DNA of 63,658 nucleotides, counting the filler, from Reticulomyxa filosa (lineage: Eukaryota > Protista > Foraminifera): assembly GCA_000512085.1 (NCBI GenBank). It is 18 parts of 18 records of this genome, joined end to end, with 100 filler letters (N's around TTAATTAATTAA, not from the genome) between each part and the next. Parts side by side here need not be neighbours in the genome. Positions count along the whole stretch, not along the records: positions 10,760 to 23,088 come from ASPP01003834.1; positions 23,189 to 26,430 come from ASPP01026727.1; 16 more parts are not named here. The stretch is one strand, 5' to 3'. Below are positions 11,146-24,527 of the stretch, piece by piece; the first letter of the stretch is position 1; every line of letters begins with the position of its first letter. A program made the translations under genes and the position numbers. The notes below the pieces were generated by a model. It had not been told where the DNA came from and searched no databases. It worked only from the letters and a program-made list of their open reading frames with translations.

Positions 11146-12452
11146 TGACCTTGGATGGTAGTTGGTTGCTTCGACTTTGTGCGTCCAACTGCGGCTTCTT
11201 CTTCGACTGCAGGCGTGGAGACTCCTTCAAAATGGCCGAATGTCCTCCTTTCACGTGCTTGGGTTTCGCAGCATCTTTGTCCACTGCGTGTGTCGATTGA
11301 CGATTGTACGAGCCGTGCTTCTTGTGGCTCGTCCTTGGTCGAGGACGAGACTTTGGTCCAGGTGGAGGTGGTTTGTTTTGTTTCATTGCTTTCATTCTCT
11401 TCATTCCCCTCATTTCCTTCATTTCATTCATTTCCTTGTCGTCAGTGTCGGTATCAGTATCCACCCTTGCTACATGCGCACTTGCTTCGTTGAGATCGTC
11501 GCCGAGATGTAACGGCGGCGCGACCAGCATCACCATTTCCATTTCGTTTGGATCAAGCAAAGGCGGAGGGGAAGCCAGCAAAGAGGGAAGAGGCGGCGCT
11601 GGAGGACTACTTATATCATCCAAGGAAGGTATTATTGGACTATCATTGTCACTGGGCTTTGTCATTCTTTCTTCTCCTTCTGCTCCTTCTGCTTCTTCTT
11701 CTTCTTCTTCTTCTTCTTTTTCTTCTTTTTCTTCTTCTCCTTCTTCTCCTTCTCTTTCTTTTCCTTTTTTTCAGTGATCTTTCTTTTGCTCGACAAACGG
11801 CGCTGGATGCCCGCTGGAACAACGCCATTTGAAGTTGTCGGTCTTCGCGTCGGCGGAACAGATTGAACCACATCGAGAGAAGATGAGCTCATATCGAGTA
11901 GGTCCGGTGGCAGTCCAAATACACTGGTATCGATTGCTGGAATGCTTGGGCTCGCCCATTCGCGAAAGTCTTCTTGTTGTTGTCGATTTGCAGACTTGCG
12001 TTCATTGGCGTGTGCATGTGCATGTGTGTTTGCATTGGTATTTATATTTGCATTTATATTTGAATTTATATTTGAATTTATATTTGCATTTGTATTTGTG
12101 CTTGGGCTTGTGACGATCATTTTTGTATGCGACTTGTGCATCCTTTTTTCGAGCGAAGGCACGTCGACCACTGTTGTCTTTCGAGATGGTGTCATTTCGT
12201 GCTTGGACGGAGAAAGACTTGAGTCGTCAAAGAACAGCACGGGTGTGGGGATCGACACCGACAACTCGTCATTGCCGGATGAAGACAACGCCATTGTACT
12301 GCGATAGTGATCCAACACCGCATAGTGCTGTTGCTGGTACATTGCATCCGTTGTCGTGGTCCTCGCTGTTGTCGTCACATTCGTCGTTATGTCATCCCCT
12401 ATGTCTGAGGCTTTGCTCAATGTCGCACGATATTTATCAACATTCTCATTAC

Positions 12453-12489
<37 letters not shown>

Positions 12490-12925
12490 GCTATTATTGT
12501 TCTTGCTGTTGTTGTAGTTTTTATTATTACTATTGGTATTATTGTCCACTTTGTTCCCTTTCTTTTGCTCCTTTGTTGCTTTCTTATCTGTTTGTTTGTT
12601 TTTGTGAATAAGGAGGGGAGGTAAGCATAGATATAGACTTCTCCTGTTTGACCATGCCTCTTGTTAAATAACAAGGAAAAGAAACGAACATATACACCCA
12701 TGGGAGGAAAAAAAAAAAAGTGAGGACACAAAAGCGCTTTGCAGCTGTTTCAAAACCCCAACTCAGATATTGGTATTGGTATTCATCTCCTTTTGCTCCA
12801 TGTCCGTTGCTAGGATTACTCTCCTTATTCTTGTGTGCTGGCGCGTGTGATGTACTTGCCGGACTATTGTTGCGGCTATTTTTTGTCTTGCCTCTAGGCG
12901 GTGGAGGTCGTTGAGCAGTTGCCAT
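10760..12925 (-). CDS. Low-complexity Pro/Ser/Asn/Glu-rich hypothetical protein, 5' part, truncated by the contig end
   Basis: Consecutive GC-richer ORFs 12925-12584, 12549-11662 and 11665-contig end. A -1 frame change falls in the A-run near 11765. No recognisable domain. Confidence 0.55.
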
Positions 12926-13517
12926 TGGCGCTTATATTTATTTATATTGGCTGTGTGGTTCAATCAGGTCGCGGTATTGATAGTGGTTCCCGAAAACGAT
13001 TATTCACACCAGCAATTTCAAACCCAATTCACTTTTTTAAATAAAATAAAACAAAACAAACCAAAATCACCACGAAGACAATATCATAAAAATGATTGCG
13101 GTGAAATCGTTAACATTAGATTTTTTTAAATAAGACGTTCTTCAACAGCAACCCGTGTTCCCAGTTGCGTTTGTAATCTGTTGAATGGGGAAATGACTAA
13201 AATTCACTCCTGTTTCTAATATGAACTACCTTGGACCATTTATCTAATGGTCTGAAAGCTGGAAAATGGCAAATTTACTTTGAAAAATATTGTAATATTT
13301 CTTTGGTAACAACAAAAAAGATATTTTATGGATAACAATTTGTTTGTCATCGTCAAGATTTTGGTAACGTGTTGGAATATGAAATTACAATTTTGAAATT
13401 ATTTTATAATATCTTGTCAACCAAAGACTCCTAGTTGACAAACGTTTCCAGTAGGGGTAATGAAAAAAGAGAAGGAATAGTTTAAAATGTTTCAGACAAG
13501 ACATTTTATAATTGCTG

Positions 13518-14760
13518 TTATGATGCTGTCTTTCGTATGCATTGAATCAGCCAATTCTTTTGTGATAGCATAGTTTTTAATTCTTTCAATTGGACATCAA
13601 CCTGTAAGCCACTTTTGGATTTGGTCTCCACACGCGCAATCAAATATTGAAGCCAATACTCCATCGGTTCTTTCTTTGAGCATGCCAGAAAGGACATCAA
13701 AAAACAGACAACAAGAAAGTGGTCGTAAATATGAGAGAGAAAGAAATAAAACAAAAACAAATAAACAAACAAACAAAACATTGACTGCTTTGGCTTCTCG
13801 CACAACAATTTTTTTTCTAGGAAAACAGCATGGCACCAACAACAGACTCCAAACTTTGTCACACTCATTGAAAGCCGTTATCAAAAATTTGCTCAGGTCT
13901 CCACACAAATGCGTGCCAACAACAATCACAATAGGATCTTTAATTTCGTGTTGTGTTGTGATTTTGTCTATACAAGATTGGATCCACTCAGATAATGAAA
14001 AGTCCTTCTCACAAATATTGATTTGATGAAAAGAGAGGTTTGTGCAACAATTGAAATGCTTTGTCATTACACCAGCACAGACACATCAAACAAGAATACT
14101 TTATTTATTTATTTTGTTGTTCAAGCATAAAAATATATATTTTTTTGATTATCAGTCAAAACGTTAAGGTTCATCTTTGCATTTTTGTCGCAAAGTACAA
14201 AATGAGCTGTTGGCATGCAATGACTCCCAAGTACTCCAAAGTAACCTTTCCCACAACAAATGTCGAATATGATACAGTTTTCAAATGACTCTTTTTCGCT
14301 TAACAACTGCTTGATCACTGAGAGCTGTGCATAGCTTTCTGTCATCTCTTTTTTCAAATGTCTTGAGGAACTCATGGACCGAAAGGCTGGATCGTTCAAT
14401 AGTCGATCAACCAATTGTTTCTGCTCCATCCAATACGTCACACCTTCATTCGGGTTCTTCACATTGCTTTCTAACACATAATGTATGCTTCGTTTGCTTG
14501 GATTTCTTGGTTTGCCTTCTTTTTTTGAATTTTTCGGTTCCGCTTTCTCCTTTTCTTCTATTTTTCTTTCACCACTTACGTTTACAGTTCCTTTGAAGAA
14601 AAATGCAAGACCGATTTGCAATAACCACAAAATCCACGTTAGAACGGCTTTTAGGGCATTATATAGTCCCATTTTTTTAGGGCATATATCTTTTTCTTGA
14701 ACCTTAAACAAAAGGAACTGCTCCTCTTTGCCAGTGTTAAGCCATTAACAAGAGTCTTAT
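13518..14760 (-). CDS. Class I SAM-dependent methyltransferase, Methyltransf_32/TRM13-like
   Basis: IFDICCGKGY (motif I), VGTHLCGDLS and LVPCC across spliced ORFs 14711-14121 and 14067-13597. The start is uncertain. Confidence 0.7.
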
Positions 14761-17663
14761 TTTGTAGTCCAAAAAATGCGTTGACTTTCTAAGGTATATT
14801 CCAATGTCTTACGTACTACAAACAAAAGTTACATTTTTATGCGTTTGCAGATTCTTTATTTTCATAGCGTATAATTCTTGCTGTACTCCTTTGGAAATTT
14901 GACTGTGCTTGTTAAGAGTTGGGTTTAGGCTTTTTGTCCATTTACCCGTTTTTTTTCACATGAACGGTATTTATTGACCGTGTTTTTTAACTCGATCATC
15001 AATTTGTTGCTGATCGCAGCATTATAAATCAACATAAACTGACTTCTTTGGTAAAAAAATGATATGCAAATTGTCAATCGCATATGCAGCTCTTTGTTTA
15101 TTAAAATTTTTTGTTTGCCACGTCGTTTTCTTCTTCATAAAAGCAAAAATTTAAGACTTAATCAAGATAATGTATTTGTTTGGACGTCGAAATAAAAAGT
15201 TGTCATATCTAAGAATTTACTTAAGTAAAGACAAAGACAGTAAGCCAGAATCATTAGTTGGTGGACAATTCAATTTGGACTCTTTCGGAATTGTTCGCAA
15301 ACAAAACATTACAGATAAAAAAATAAAAAAAATGGAACCATCCCCTTTTTGAGCACCTTTAGGACGTCTGATTTTATCTTCACATTTTCCAATAGAATTT
15401 CAGTTTTCGTTATTTTTCATATCCTTTATTAAAATTGAACATAAAAAAAAAGTAATTTCAAAGGATAATATGTTGGACGGGCTTACAAAGCTCTGAAGAA
15501 GCATACATTTCTGTGTGTCTACGTGAAAAAAAGAGGGAAATATATGTCGAAATAGCGAAACTAACGCGAAGATTGTCCTCAAAAGTTGTTGAACAATCAA
15601 ACGACAGACAATATCGCTGATATCCTTTTAATATTAGTTGTCTCTCATTTTTCAAAAAAGACAAAATACTTTGTCAAACTAGTTACTGTATCAATAAAGA
15701 AGAAGATTAATTTAGTTTAGACAAATTGATAATTAACATCAATATCAATAAAATGGATATTTAGATAATTTTATGGGATGAATTTCCTTGTTGTTTTTTT
15801 TTTGTCGTTTGAGTTGTGCATAGAAAGTCATATTATATAATCCACTTTCAAAAAGTTCTTGACAAAAAAATATCTTTAATATCATGTTCAAGCAAATTAC
15901 AGAACATGTTGCATAATAACGAAAAAGAAATAACATCAATTTGATTGTAACAAATTGTTTTAATTTATTTGTTATTGTACTTTTCATTAAAATAAATAAT
16001 AAAACTATTTTTTTTTATGCTAAATTATTATCACATACACCAGTTGTTGCATTATTGAGTTGTTTCATTTTACTAAAATTTGATTAAATAATTTGTTAGA
16101 ACAACTAGTACAAAGGGGGTACGTAGTCACTTTTTTAAATTTTTTTATTCTTCATCTTTTTTTTTTGTCTACCTTACTCTGGAATGACTTTACTCAAATC
16201 ATCACTCTAGTAAATGTGTCCTCTGAACACAGCCAAACTGTATAAAGTTAAGTTAAATTTTTTATTTGACGACAAGTCTGGTCAGAATGTTATGCATTAT
16301 AATATTTTTTAATGAAATTGTTTTTTTTAAATGTTTTCGACAGGTTGAAACTTTTTTTATTTTACAAAGATTTGTTGAACGCACGCTATATCATGTTAAA
16401 GAAGGTGAAGAGAAAATCAAAAAGATAAGGAAATTGTAAAACTGTCACAACGGCTTTGACTTTACAAAAGTCTTTGAAAATGTCTTGAGCAATCAGTGAT
16501 TACATTATATTATAGAATAGATCAATTAACAAATTATAAAACTTTTAAGTTGAAAATTGGATTTAATCGAAGTGACGTTCTCTTTTTTATTCGCTCTTCA
16601 TATTATCTCTTGAAAGTGAAAATATTTGCAGATGAATAAATATCATATAACAATAAGTTTTTTTCATTGATGAAAATGATGATATCAGTTCTTTTTGTTT
16701 TGTTTGGAGACAATCAAATTATGATAGCAGCAAATTTTTGTTTACAACATTTCATAATATACATTTATTTAAACAAATCCAATCTTTTCTAAATTAACTA
16801 TCGTTTTCAGTCTATTCTTTAAGTTCGTCTTCTTCGTTTATAATGCAGCCTTTTTGTCTTCTTTTTTCATAAATAAAAAATACAGAGTTTGAAAGGATAT
16901 TTTGTGGACTCTAACACTGGAAAATGAAACAGAGTTTTCTAGCGTTTTAGACATAACAAATTATTATCATTATTAGACTTTGATCAAGAAAAAAAAATCG
17001 TCAGATTGAATCCAAAGATAAACATTGCAAATACGGATTGTGATAATCGAATAATTCAATAAAATTATTTTGAAGATAGCTTTCTTTGGCAAATAAGGAA
17101 GAAAGACATTGAAAAGGGACATAAATAAGATTATTAGTTTAATAATCAGAAATTGTATTATTGAATAGAAATTTAAAAGTATTCAATCCATTACAAACAA
17201 ATGTTTTGGAAGCAAATTCCTTTCTTCGTCACTTAGAAAGTTTTTTTAAATGATATTTGTTGTCGCTTTTGAATGAACGCTTAAAAATACACCCTTTCTA
17301 ATCCAAATATTTTCATTGAACATAGAAATCAAAGATTATTTTCACATAACAACAAAATTCTATTTGTATTATACACATTGTCATTACTCTCTAATTTTGA
17401 TTGTCTTATTCTCCAAGTTTGGATTATTAAAGAAATTTCTTTGCATAATGATATTATTTGATATAATTGCATTACAAAAGATTTAATTTATTTTGAGAAA
17501 GAAAAATCAAATTAAAATGCAATTTCAAACAATAAAAATTGTTATAAAATCATTTATCAACGTAAGAAAGAAAACAGAAAATCATTGTAATGCAAAATCA
17601 TAAAAAAAAAAAAATAATCAAATGTGAAGAAGATATTTGCATGTTAATATCATTATTATTTAT

Positions 17664-18432
17664 CTACTTCAATTTTGTGTATTTATTTGGCATAGTCAAA
17701 GTAAATACTCCTTTTTGAGATAAAGATTTTCGTTGAATTGCACCAATCCAAGGATGTACATCCCAACTGTAAGTATAACATAAATATTTTAAAAAACTAT
17801 TTTTATATAATCTATTTATATTAAAATATCATTAACTGAAGAGTAAAATTAACATCTGTTGATCGTAAACCTATTCGTTGATCCCATAAAACATATTCAG
17901 GTAAATTATCTTTTAAAATAAATTCTGCTTGTGATTGATGAGAAATAATATTATCCCATAATGATAAATCATTTTTTGTTCCTTGTTTATCTTTATATTC
18001 TGCAGTTAACCATATAAATAATTCTTTTGTATTCCAATGAAATTCTTCACGTAAATCTTTATTTATTTATTTTAAATGTAAAAAAGTAAATAATTAATAA
18101 ACAAAACTAATTTCATACCGACTTCTATTGAAAAGCGAATATCTGCACTTTCAATTTGTTGTGTACGAGATTTTCTCATTAATGCAACTTTACCATGATA
18201 TCTTTATTTGTTGTTATTAATATTTTTATTATCTTTTTTTAATGTACATACAAAAGAAAAAAAATCTTAACAAGTTAAGTGCTTTCACGTTTGTGACTGC
18301 TGCAGTAAGTGATTTATTAGCTGGATTCACAAACTCTAAATAACTTGAGACACCTGCTAAGCTTCCACAAATTGCCAGACATAATAAGGCAACAAAAAAT
18401 ACTGCATTAAGCCGAGAGAGTACGGAATGCAT
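17664..18432 (-). CDS. SPCS3: Signal peptidase complex subunit SPC22/23
   Basis: MHSVLSRLNAVFF plus a TM segment; FHWNTKELFIWLTAEY; LWDNII; WDVHPWIG. Three short introns; stop TAG at 17664. Confidence 0.9.
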
Positions 18433-19814
18433 TTTTAGCTTTCCCTTGATTAAGAAAACGCTTTTTAAAAAAAAACACCGTTTTTTGAACTTGTTTTTAA
18501 AAGTGATCGAGTTTTATTCAATCAAATAAAGACAACTCATTTTATGTACCACCATGTTAACACTCTGATTCAACCTTTTAAGAAAAGTGAAAGTGATTAT
18601 GAGAAAAAAACACAAACAGATCGGAAATACAAAAAAAAGTAATTTTTTGACTAATGAAACTACCAATAAAAAATATTTTTATTTCCTTAAAATAAAAATG
18701 TTTTTTATATGATATATTATATCACCACTCAAAAAAATTGTTTGAAAATAATAAGTTGTTAAAGAGACATCAATCGCGACAATTTTTTCACTTGAATGAA
18801 ATAGTTTCGGATTTAGCCTTTTTTTGATTGTTGCTGGCCTCGGGGCGTTGAACTCGAAGACTAAAGAAAAAAGTCGAAAACAAAGAAACGACAAAAAACA
18901 TATCAAGTTCATTTAAGGAAAAAAAAAATAATCAAAACGCCATTCATCACATTCAAACTAAAAGCTAGCAATGGAAAGGACTAACACAAAAGGGAACGGC
19001 TCAAAATGTATAAGTGTATTTTACCGAATGAAATGGCAAAGAAAAATCCAAACATTCATACGCGGAGGTTGAATGCATCCGCGCCAGCACAACGCGAGGA
19101 GCATTTGGCTAATTTTTAAATCTTTTGTTTCTTTTCCAGGAATCTTCAGGTCACGTAGGTACTTTACAAAGACAGAAGACTAATTCTTTTTTAGTTTTTA
19201 AAAAATTTGACAAATAAAATTTAAATTTTTGTTTATTTATTGTGAAATTTAATTTTAGCTTTGCAATTTTACTTATGTGAAGGTTTTTAATTTTTTTTGA
19301 GTTTTTGACAAATTAGTATATTGACTCTTATAATTTAAACAATAAGGTATTCATTTTTTTATAATTTTAATGGTTTACTTCATTATTTAGTTTGCAGAAT
19401 ATGCCTAACTTCTTTTGAACCAAAACAAGCCAAATTATGATGCAACATTCACAATTTTGACCTTTTAATTTAAAAATTAACTTTAAAGACTTGGATTGAT
19501 AATTTTTAAGGGTATTTGTTTTAATCACTTCCAGGCAAATTTATCTTTGTTTCATCAAAAAAATCATTTCATGTGTGATGATCACAAAAGTTTAAATTGA
19601 AGTCTTTTTGCAATGATATAACTGATGCATTTTCTATCTTCATCCAAACAATTTTAATTGAAATTATCGCTTCAAAGTTGAAGCTTGAATGTTATTTGTT
19701 ACTTTTTGTAACTTATTGTATTATTTAGTACTGTGTTCAATTTGAGTGAGATATTTGTTTTACATATTTTCCTTTTTGTGAATTCAACTTATAACATTCT
19801 TCACGCAAAAAAGA

Positions 19815-19922
19815 AATATTTTAAAATTACAAGATTTATGATATTTTTTAAAAAATTAAGGTCGAATGTTTATTTTTCATGGAAAAAATTGATTCTATTC
19901 ACAGGATGCCAATTAGGTACTG
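19815..19922. mobile_element. Degenerate right arm of the same MITE family
   Basis: TTTATTTTTCATGGAAAAAATTGATTCT...TAGGTACTG-TA resembles 30816-30893 with an internal deletion. Confidence 0.6.
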
Positions 19923-20199
19923 TAAAACAGATTTTTTAAATACAGAATTACGTGAGACTTCAAGATTTAGATGAATTAATATGTTTTTAAGACATATATA
20001 ATGTGATTTGAATTTGCTGAATTAAATATTTACAATAAGCAATATTCATTTAGGATCACCTCGTTCTAAGAAATAAAAAGAAAAAGAAAGACACAAAGAA
20101 TCTTAAAATGACCAAAAGGTTCATGCAAAAAATAATCAAAAGAATAAAGTTATTTTAATTTAAATTGAGATATGTCTTGAAGAAACTCGAAACTGTTCA

Positions 20200-21650
20200 A
20201 ATTTTTCTCTTGGTATCGATCACGAACTTTACTGTTGCCTTCAAAGCTTTGGTTCACACGATCATCAATGATGAATTTTTTCATCGACATCCATCAGTAA
20301 ATGCTTGACAGTTCTTCTTCACACTAAATACAATCAGGAGAATCTGATCTTTGGATATATATAAGTAATCATTCAAGCCAACTTTGCTAAAAATAATTTA
20401 CATTCACTAAATGTCAATGAACGCAATAAAATATTCTCAAGTGATTGTGCATCAATCAGGTTATACAGAAAATAACGTGGCATTACATGCATTGGAATAT
20501 GTGAAAAAAGGATTCAATACATGATTATTCAAGAATACCGATGATCTATGCTACTTTATCATTTCCAGAACGACCTTTGATCCAATAGATCTCTGGAACA
20601 TTATCTTTATTAAATGATCTCAATATCTTCTGACAATCAATAATTTGCAATTTATAGATGTCAGAATATCATTTGTTGATATCGAATTTACAATCAGTTA
20701 GAATAATCATCATTCCACAGTGCATTGAGATGTCTTCTTCTCGAGAATGCATCTTACTTTCTAGTCAATTTAATACCAAGCTTTTCTCTTGTTTTGCGGA
20801 TCACATTACATTGAATGAATCACTTAGATGCTGCTTTCGGCATAATACAATTGGACCATTTTTGTTTTGGCATTTTGCCGATACTTACATACTTTGCGCT
20901 TCTTTGAGCACTCACGAACAATATGATTCAATCTGTAACATTTCCTGCATTGTTTGAAGTGGATTTTGGTCTTGACTTGACTTTGTCTTTCAATATCTTG
21001 ACAACATCTTCAATCTTGGATTAACAATTGGAATCTTATGGAATAGTTTAGCTTTATGTATTTGATATACATAATCTTCCAATGTCTCCTTGATTTTTAT
21101 TCGCTTTCGCAAGTTGATACTCCTCAAAGCAGGACATATCTATTCAATTCAGGATTAGTCAATGCTTCTTCAAGCTTTTTCTTTTGTTCAGCGCGAATGT
21201 CTTACGATAGATGTCACAAATTGGCTGATTTACAATCTTTGTTTACAATCTTGACTTTTTTTTATTACATTTATCCATTCTTGGCATCATTGAGGCTATG
21301 AGCGCTGCTCATTAACGTCAACTGCAAAATGAACAAATAACATCGGAAATTTCCAGAAAATGTGTGCACTAATACTTTTCTGGACAACGTATTCTTGTTT
21401 CTTAATCCAAGGAACTTAATCACCAATGTTGCTAATTTAAGTTCCTTGGACTTGATTGGAGTACGACGATCGTTGGCGTATTCGTACACAGGATTGCAGT
21501 CGGACTTGCATATTTCTTCCACACTTTTCAAACGTGATTTCATCGATCTTCTTTTCTTTGTTTGTTGCATACTTGAGCTGTATAATACAACTTAAAACGT
21601 CGAAGATTGATGCTTTGCTTTCTTTGCAATGTCAAAAAAAATTTATCATT
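20200..21650 (-). mobile_element. Decayed non-LTR retrotransposon: gag-like ORF1 joined to the RNase H C-half and the ORF2 C-terminal zinc finger
   Basis: Zinc knuckle KQCRKCYRLNHIVREC near 20900-20955. IILTDCK...YWIKGRSGND (RNase H) at 20712-20550. GLNDYLY..SPDCI*CEE..TVKHLLMD and KFVIDTKR at about 20390-20205. Nucleotide similarity to 55890-56720. Confidence 0.75.
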
Positions 21651-22249
21651 TTCAACTTGACTTAAAAAATTGTTTTTTAAGGGAATCTGAGTAACGGGCA
21701 ATTATTGGCTTCAATATATATTGATATTTGAAAGAAAGTTTATTGTGATTGAAGAAAAATTATCAAGAAATTTCCAGCTGGAAAATTTGACTGTCCAGCG
21801 TCATTTTTGGCAGACAAGCATCATTTTATTGGTTTTGATTAGAGGTGATTGAAAAATTGTTGTATTGTTGATTTGAATTTTCCTTTGAATAAAAGAAAAT
21901 TCATTGAAAAAAGGGTCAAAAAAGGTCGATTTATTGTAATCCAAGACTACTATTGGTCTTCACGCTCAAATTTGAGCGGAAAAATTTTATTTTCCGGAAT
22001 AGGAGACGAACCCTTGCAAAAATTATTTTACGATATCGTGGAACATTGTGGAAACTTCTTAAGAAATTTCGGGATTTCCAAAGACGCTGACAAATATGTC
22101 TGATTATAGCAAGTCTTTGGCAATAAAGGCAAACATCGAAAAGATTCTTCGTTGTAACATTGCCGAATCCGAATGACACAATATCAACAAATATCAATAA
22201 ATCATCATTGGGACAATCAAAGTCGAATGCAATAAATAATGATATTGAC

Positions 22250-22900
22250 ATTAACACAATTTTTTTTTAGATAGGTTGCAGTAGTTGAACGTATTTCAAT
22301 GCTTAATGGATTGCCTCAATTTCACATCCAATCATTGCGGTAATTCCTTAGATAGGAAATTGCAATTCCGTCCATTTTGATAGCAACGAATCTTGGATGA
22401 CTAATCTTCTACTCCAAGTCCTGGATCTGGTTGCAGCTTCCAGCCACAAATATCGGTCGTCCTTTAGTCCGATATTCAGATTTGTAAACCACTTTGGTTC
22501 CGATTGTGGCTTTTCCAACTCTACAACGCACTCTGTCCATTGTTCGACTGCTATATCCAACATGTGTGGGTCATTGGAGAGATATTGTGGCAGTGATTGT
22601 CGCCATCCTTGCAGTCTGTGTGCCAATGCATGGCGAAATACTTACCATTTTTCACTCATCATATTCCAAGTTTCGATTCTCTGTTTCTCGATCTTGGATA
22701 ACGACCAGTCTGCTATCACGTTGAATAAAATTGGAAGATGACCGGAGTGAACATCTAGTTCATCGCAGTCATTTCTCCAGTTACTGCAGATATCTATTAA
22801 TGATGAAGAGCATATTGAGATATCGATTGCTGACCTGGATTCCATCTTTTTCGAATGTGTGACAAATGGAGGCGAATTCAGATACCAAACGTAACATCCA
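22250..22900 (-). mobile_element. Decayed LINE ORF2 fragment: APE endonuclease end joined to the RNase H N-half
   Basis: LNSPPFVTH..SAIDISICS..SGHLPI matches the APE C-terminal motifs. It is followed, with frameshifts and stops, by IFVAGS..PDPGLG and GCEIEAIH*ALKYV (RNase H). Confidence 0.75.
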
Positions 22901-23188
22901 AAATGAGAACTCAGAAAGAAAATTTAACTACTTTTTGCCAAATGAGCCAAAATGGCAATTCAACATTCACATACTTTTTGATGACGATAAGTGTTTTAAT
23001 TATTATTTTTTGTTTGATTTTGTTTTAATTTGTTGAGATAAGTTCTTCAACACTTCGAAAACAAAGGTTCAGAGGATTCGGTTGAGCANNNNNNNNNNNN
23101 NNNNNNNNNNNNNNNNNNNNNNNNNNNNNNNNTTAATTAATTAANNNNNNNNNNNNNNNNNNNNNNNNNNNNNNNNNNNNNNNNNNNN

Positions 23189-23810
23189 TTTTTTTTTTTT
23201 TTTTTTGGGTAAAAAAAAAAAAAAAAAAAAAAGATCAATGAACCTGAAAACTTTTCCAAGTCAGCAGTGGCCTGAACCGACGCGTCACGGACCTTCTTTT
23301 CTGGCGACACGTTTTGCAGAAAGGAGATGGAATTCTCCAATCCGGAGCGTCTCTTGCAAGAGTGATTAAAAAAGATTGGATATGGAGGAGAAGGAGGAAA
23401 AAAAAAAACAACAACAACAACAACAACGTAGAAACACCAAGCTTGGACAGTGTTTTGCAGAGAGAGAAGAGAGAGAGAGAAAAAAAAAAAAAAAAAAAAG
23501 GATGCGTGGAACTTGCTCAAATTGGATCAATGGCAACAACACGTTTTCAGGGGTCAAAGCTGCTTCAGTGAGTTGGGCAATTTGGTCGTACACCAACGTC
23601 GTCTCTTTTTCAATTTCCGCTTCCAATGCAATTATCATTTCTGGTGACAAGTCGAAGCGCAAACTGCTCTGTGACTCTTCCGCCACGTCCGACAGTCCTG
23701 CGTTCTTCAAATGACAACGTGCCAGCTTGGTGTGTACTGAGAACATGTCGTAGAGCTTGGTCTTGTCCACCAGTTTCGCTATAAATTCTTCTTTGCTCAC
23801 TTTATATTTG

Positions 23811-23841
<31 letters not shown>

Positions 23842-24180
23842 GTGTCATGTGGGTAAGTTGTTCTGCACGCTTGTTCCTACAAACAAACTATGCAACTTAC
23901 CCTGTTTTGCATCCTCAAATGCGTCCACAGAAAATTCTTTTACGTAGTGCGAGTAATCCAATTTCGCATCACGCAACTGTTTCCATACAACAAACCACAA
24001 ACTTTTACAATCAACCTTCTCACATTCCACAACTAACGTTCGTCTTTTTTTTTCTCCTCCTTTTCACTGGCAATCAGAATCACATTTCACCTGAGTTAAA
24101 TGAGAATAGGAAAGAGATAGCAAGTGCTCATGATAGGGAACCCCTTTGATCTTTGTGTCTGCTGCCTTTTCGTCGGACAT
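23189..24180 (-). CDS. M3A metallopeptidase (thimet oligopeptidase/neurolysin-like), N-terminal part
   Basis: LRFDLSPEMI..VYDQIA..TPENVLLPL and FLQNVSPEKKVRDASVQA..LEKF match the M3A N-terminus. Truncated by the contig end; upstream exon structure is uncertain. Confidence 0.75.
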
Positions 24181-24527
24181 TTCTCACTGATGGAATCTCA
24201 CAACCTTTTTTAAAAGAAAAAACTTGTTACGTGGACGCACAAAAAAAGAAAAAACGAAGACCATGTGGGCTCTACATTTTGTCTGAGCGTCAATATAGCC
24301 ATAGTGGAAAAAGCAACAAGAGATGAGAGTAGACTGGAGTAAGATGGGTTATGAACAGCAAAAGAGAAGAGGAAAAAAAAAAGGTCGAATAAGCAAAGCA
24401 AAACAAAATAAAAAAACAAAAGAAAGAGAGTCGCGTAAGCCACACCAAAGCAACGCCACTCCAAACACACATAAAGCACGCACGTAAAAGAAACAAGAAT
24501 ACGAAAAACACAAAAATAAAGGAGTGC

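Noticed and set aside
10895-12611. Many overlapping plus-strand ORFs (poly-Asp, poly-Tyr, poly-Leu)
   Set aside because: They are antisense shadows of trinucleotide-rich coding DNA on the minus strand.
15100-17600. Long AT-rich stretch with short ORFs
   Set aside because: I could support no motif, inverted repeat or coherent frame by eye.
18829-18862. tRNA-like GAGTTCAA segment on the minus strand
   Set aside because: The T-stem does not pair, and no D-arm or anticodon arm can be built.
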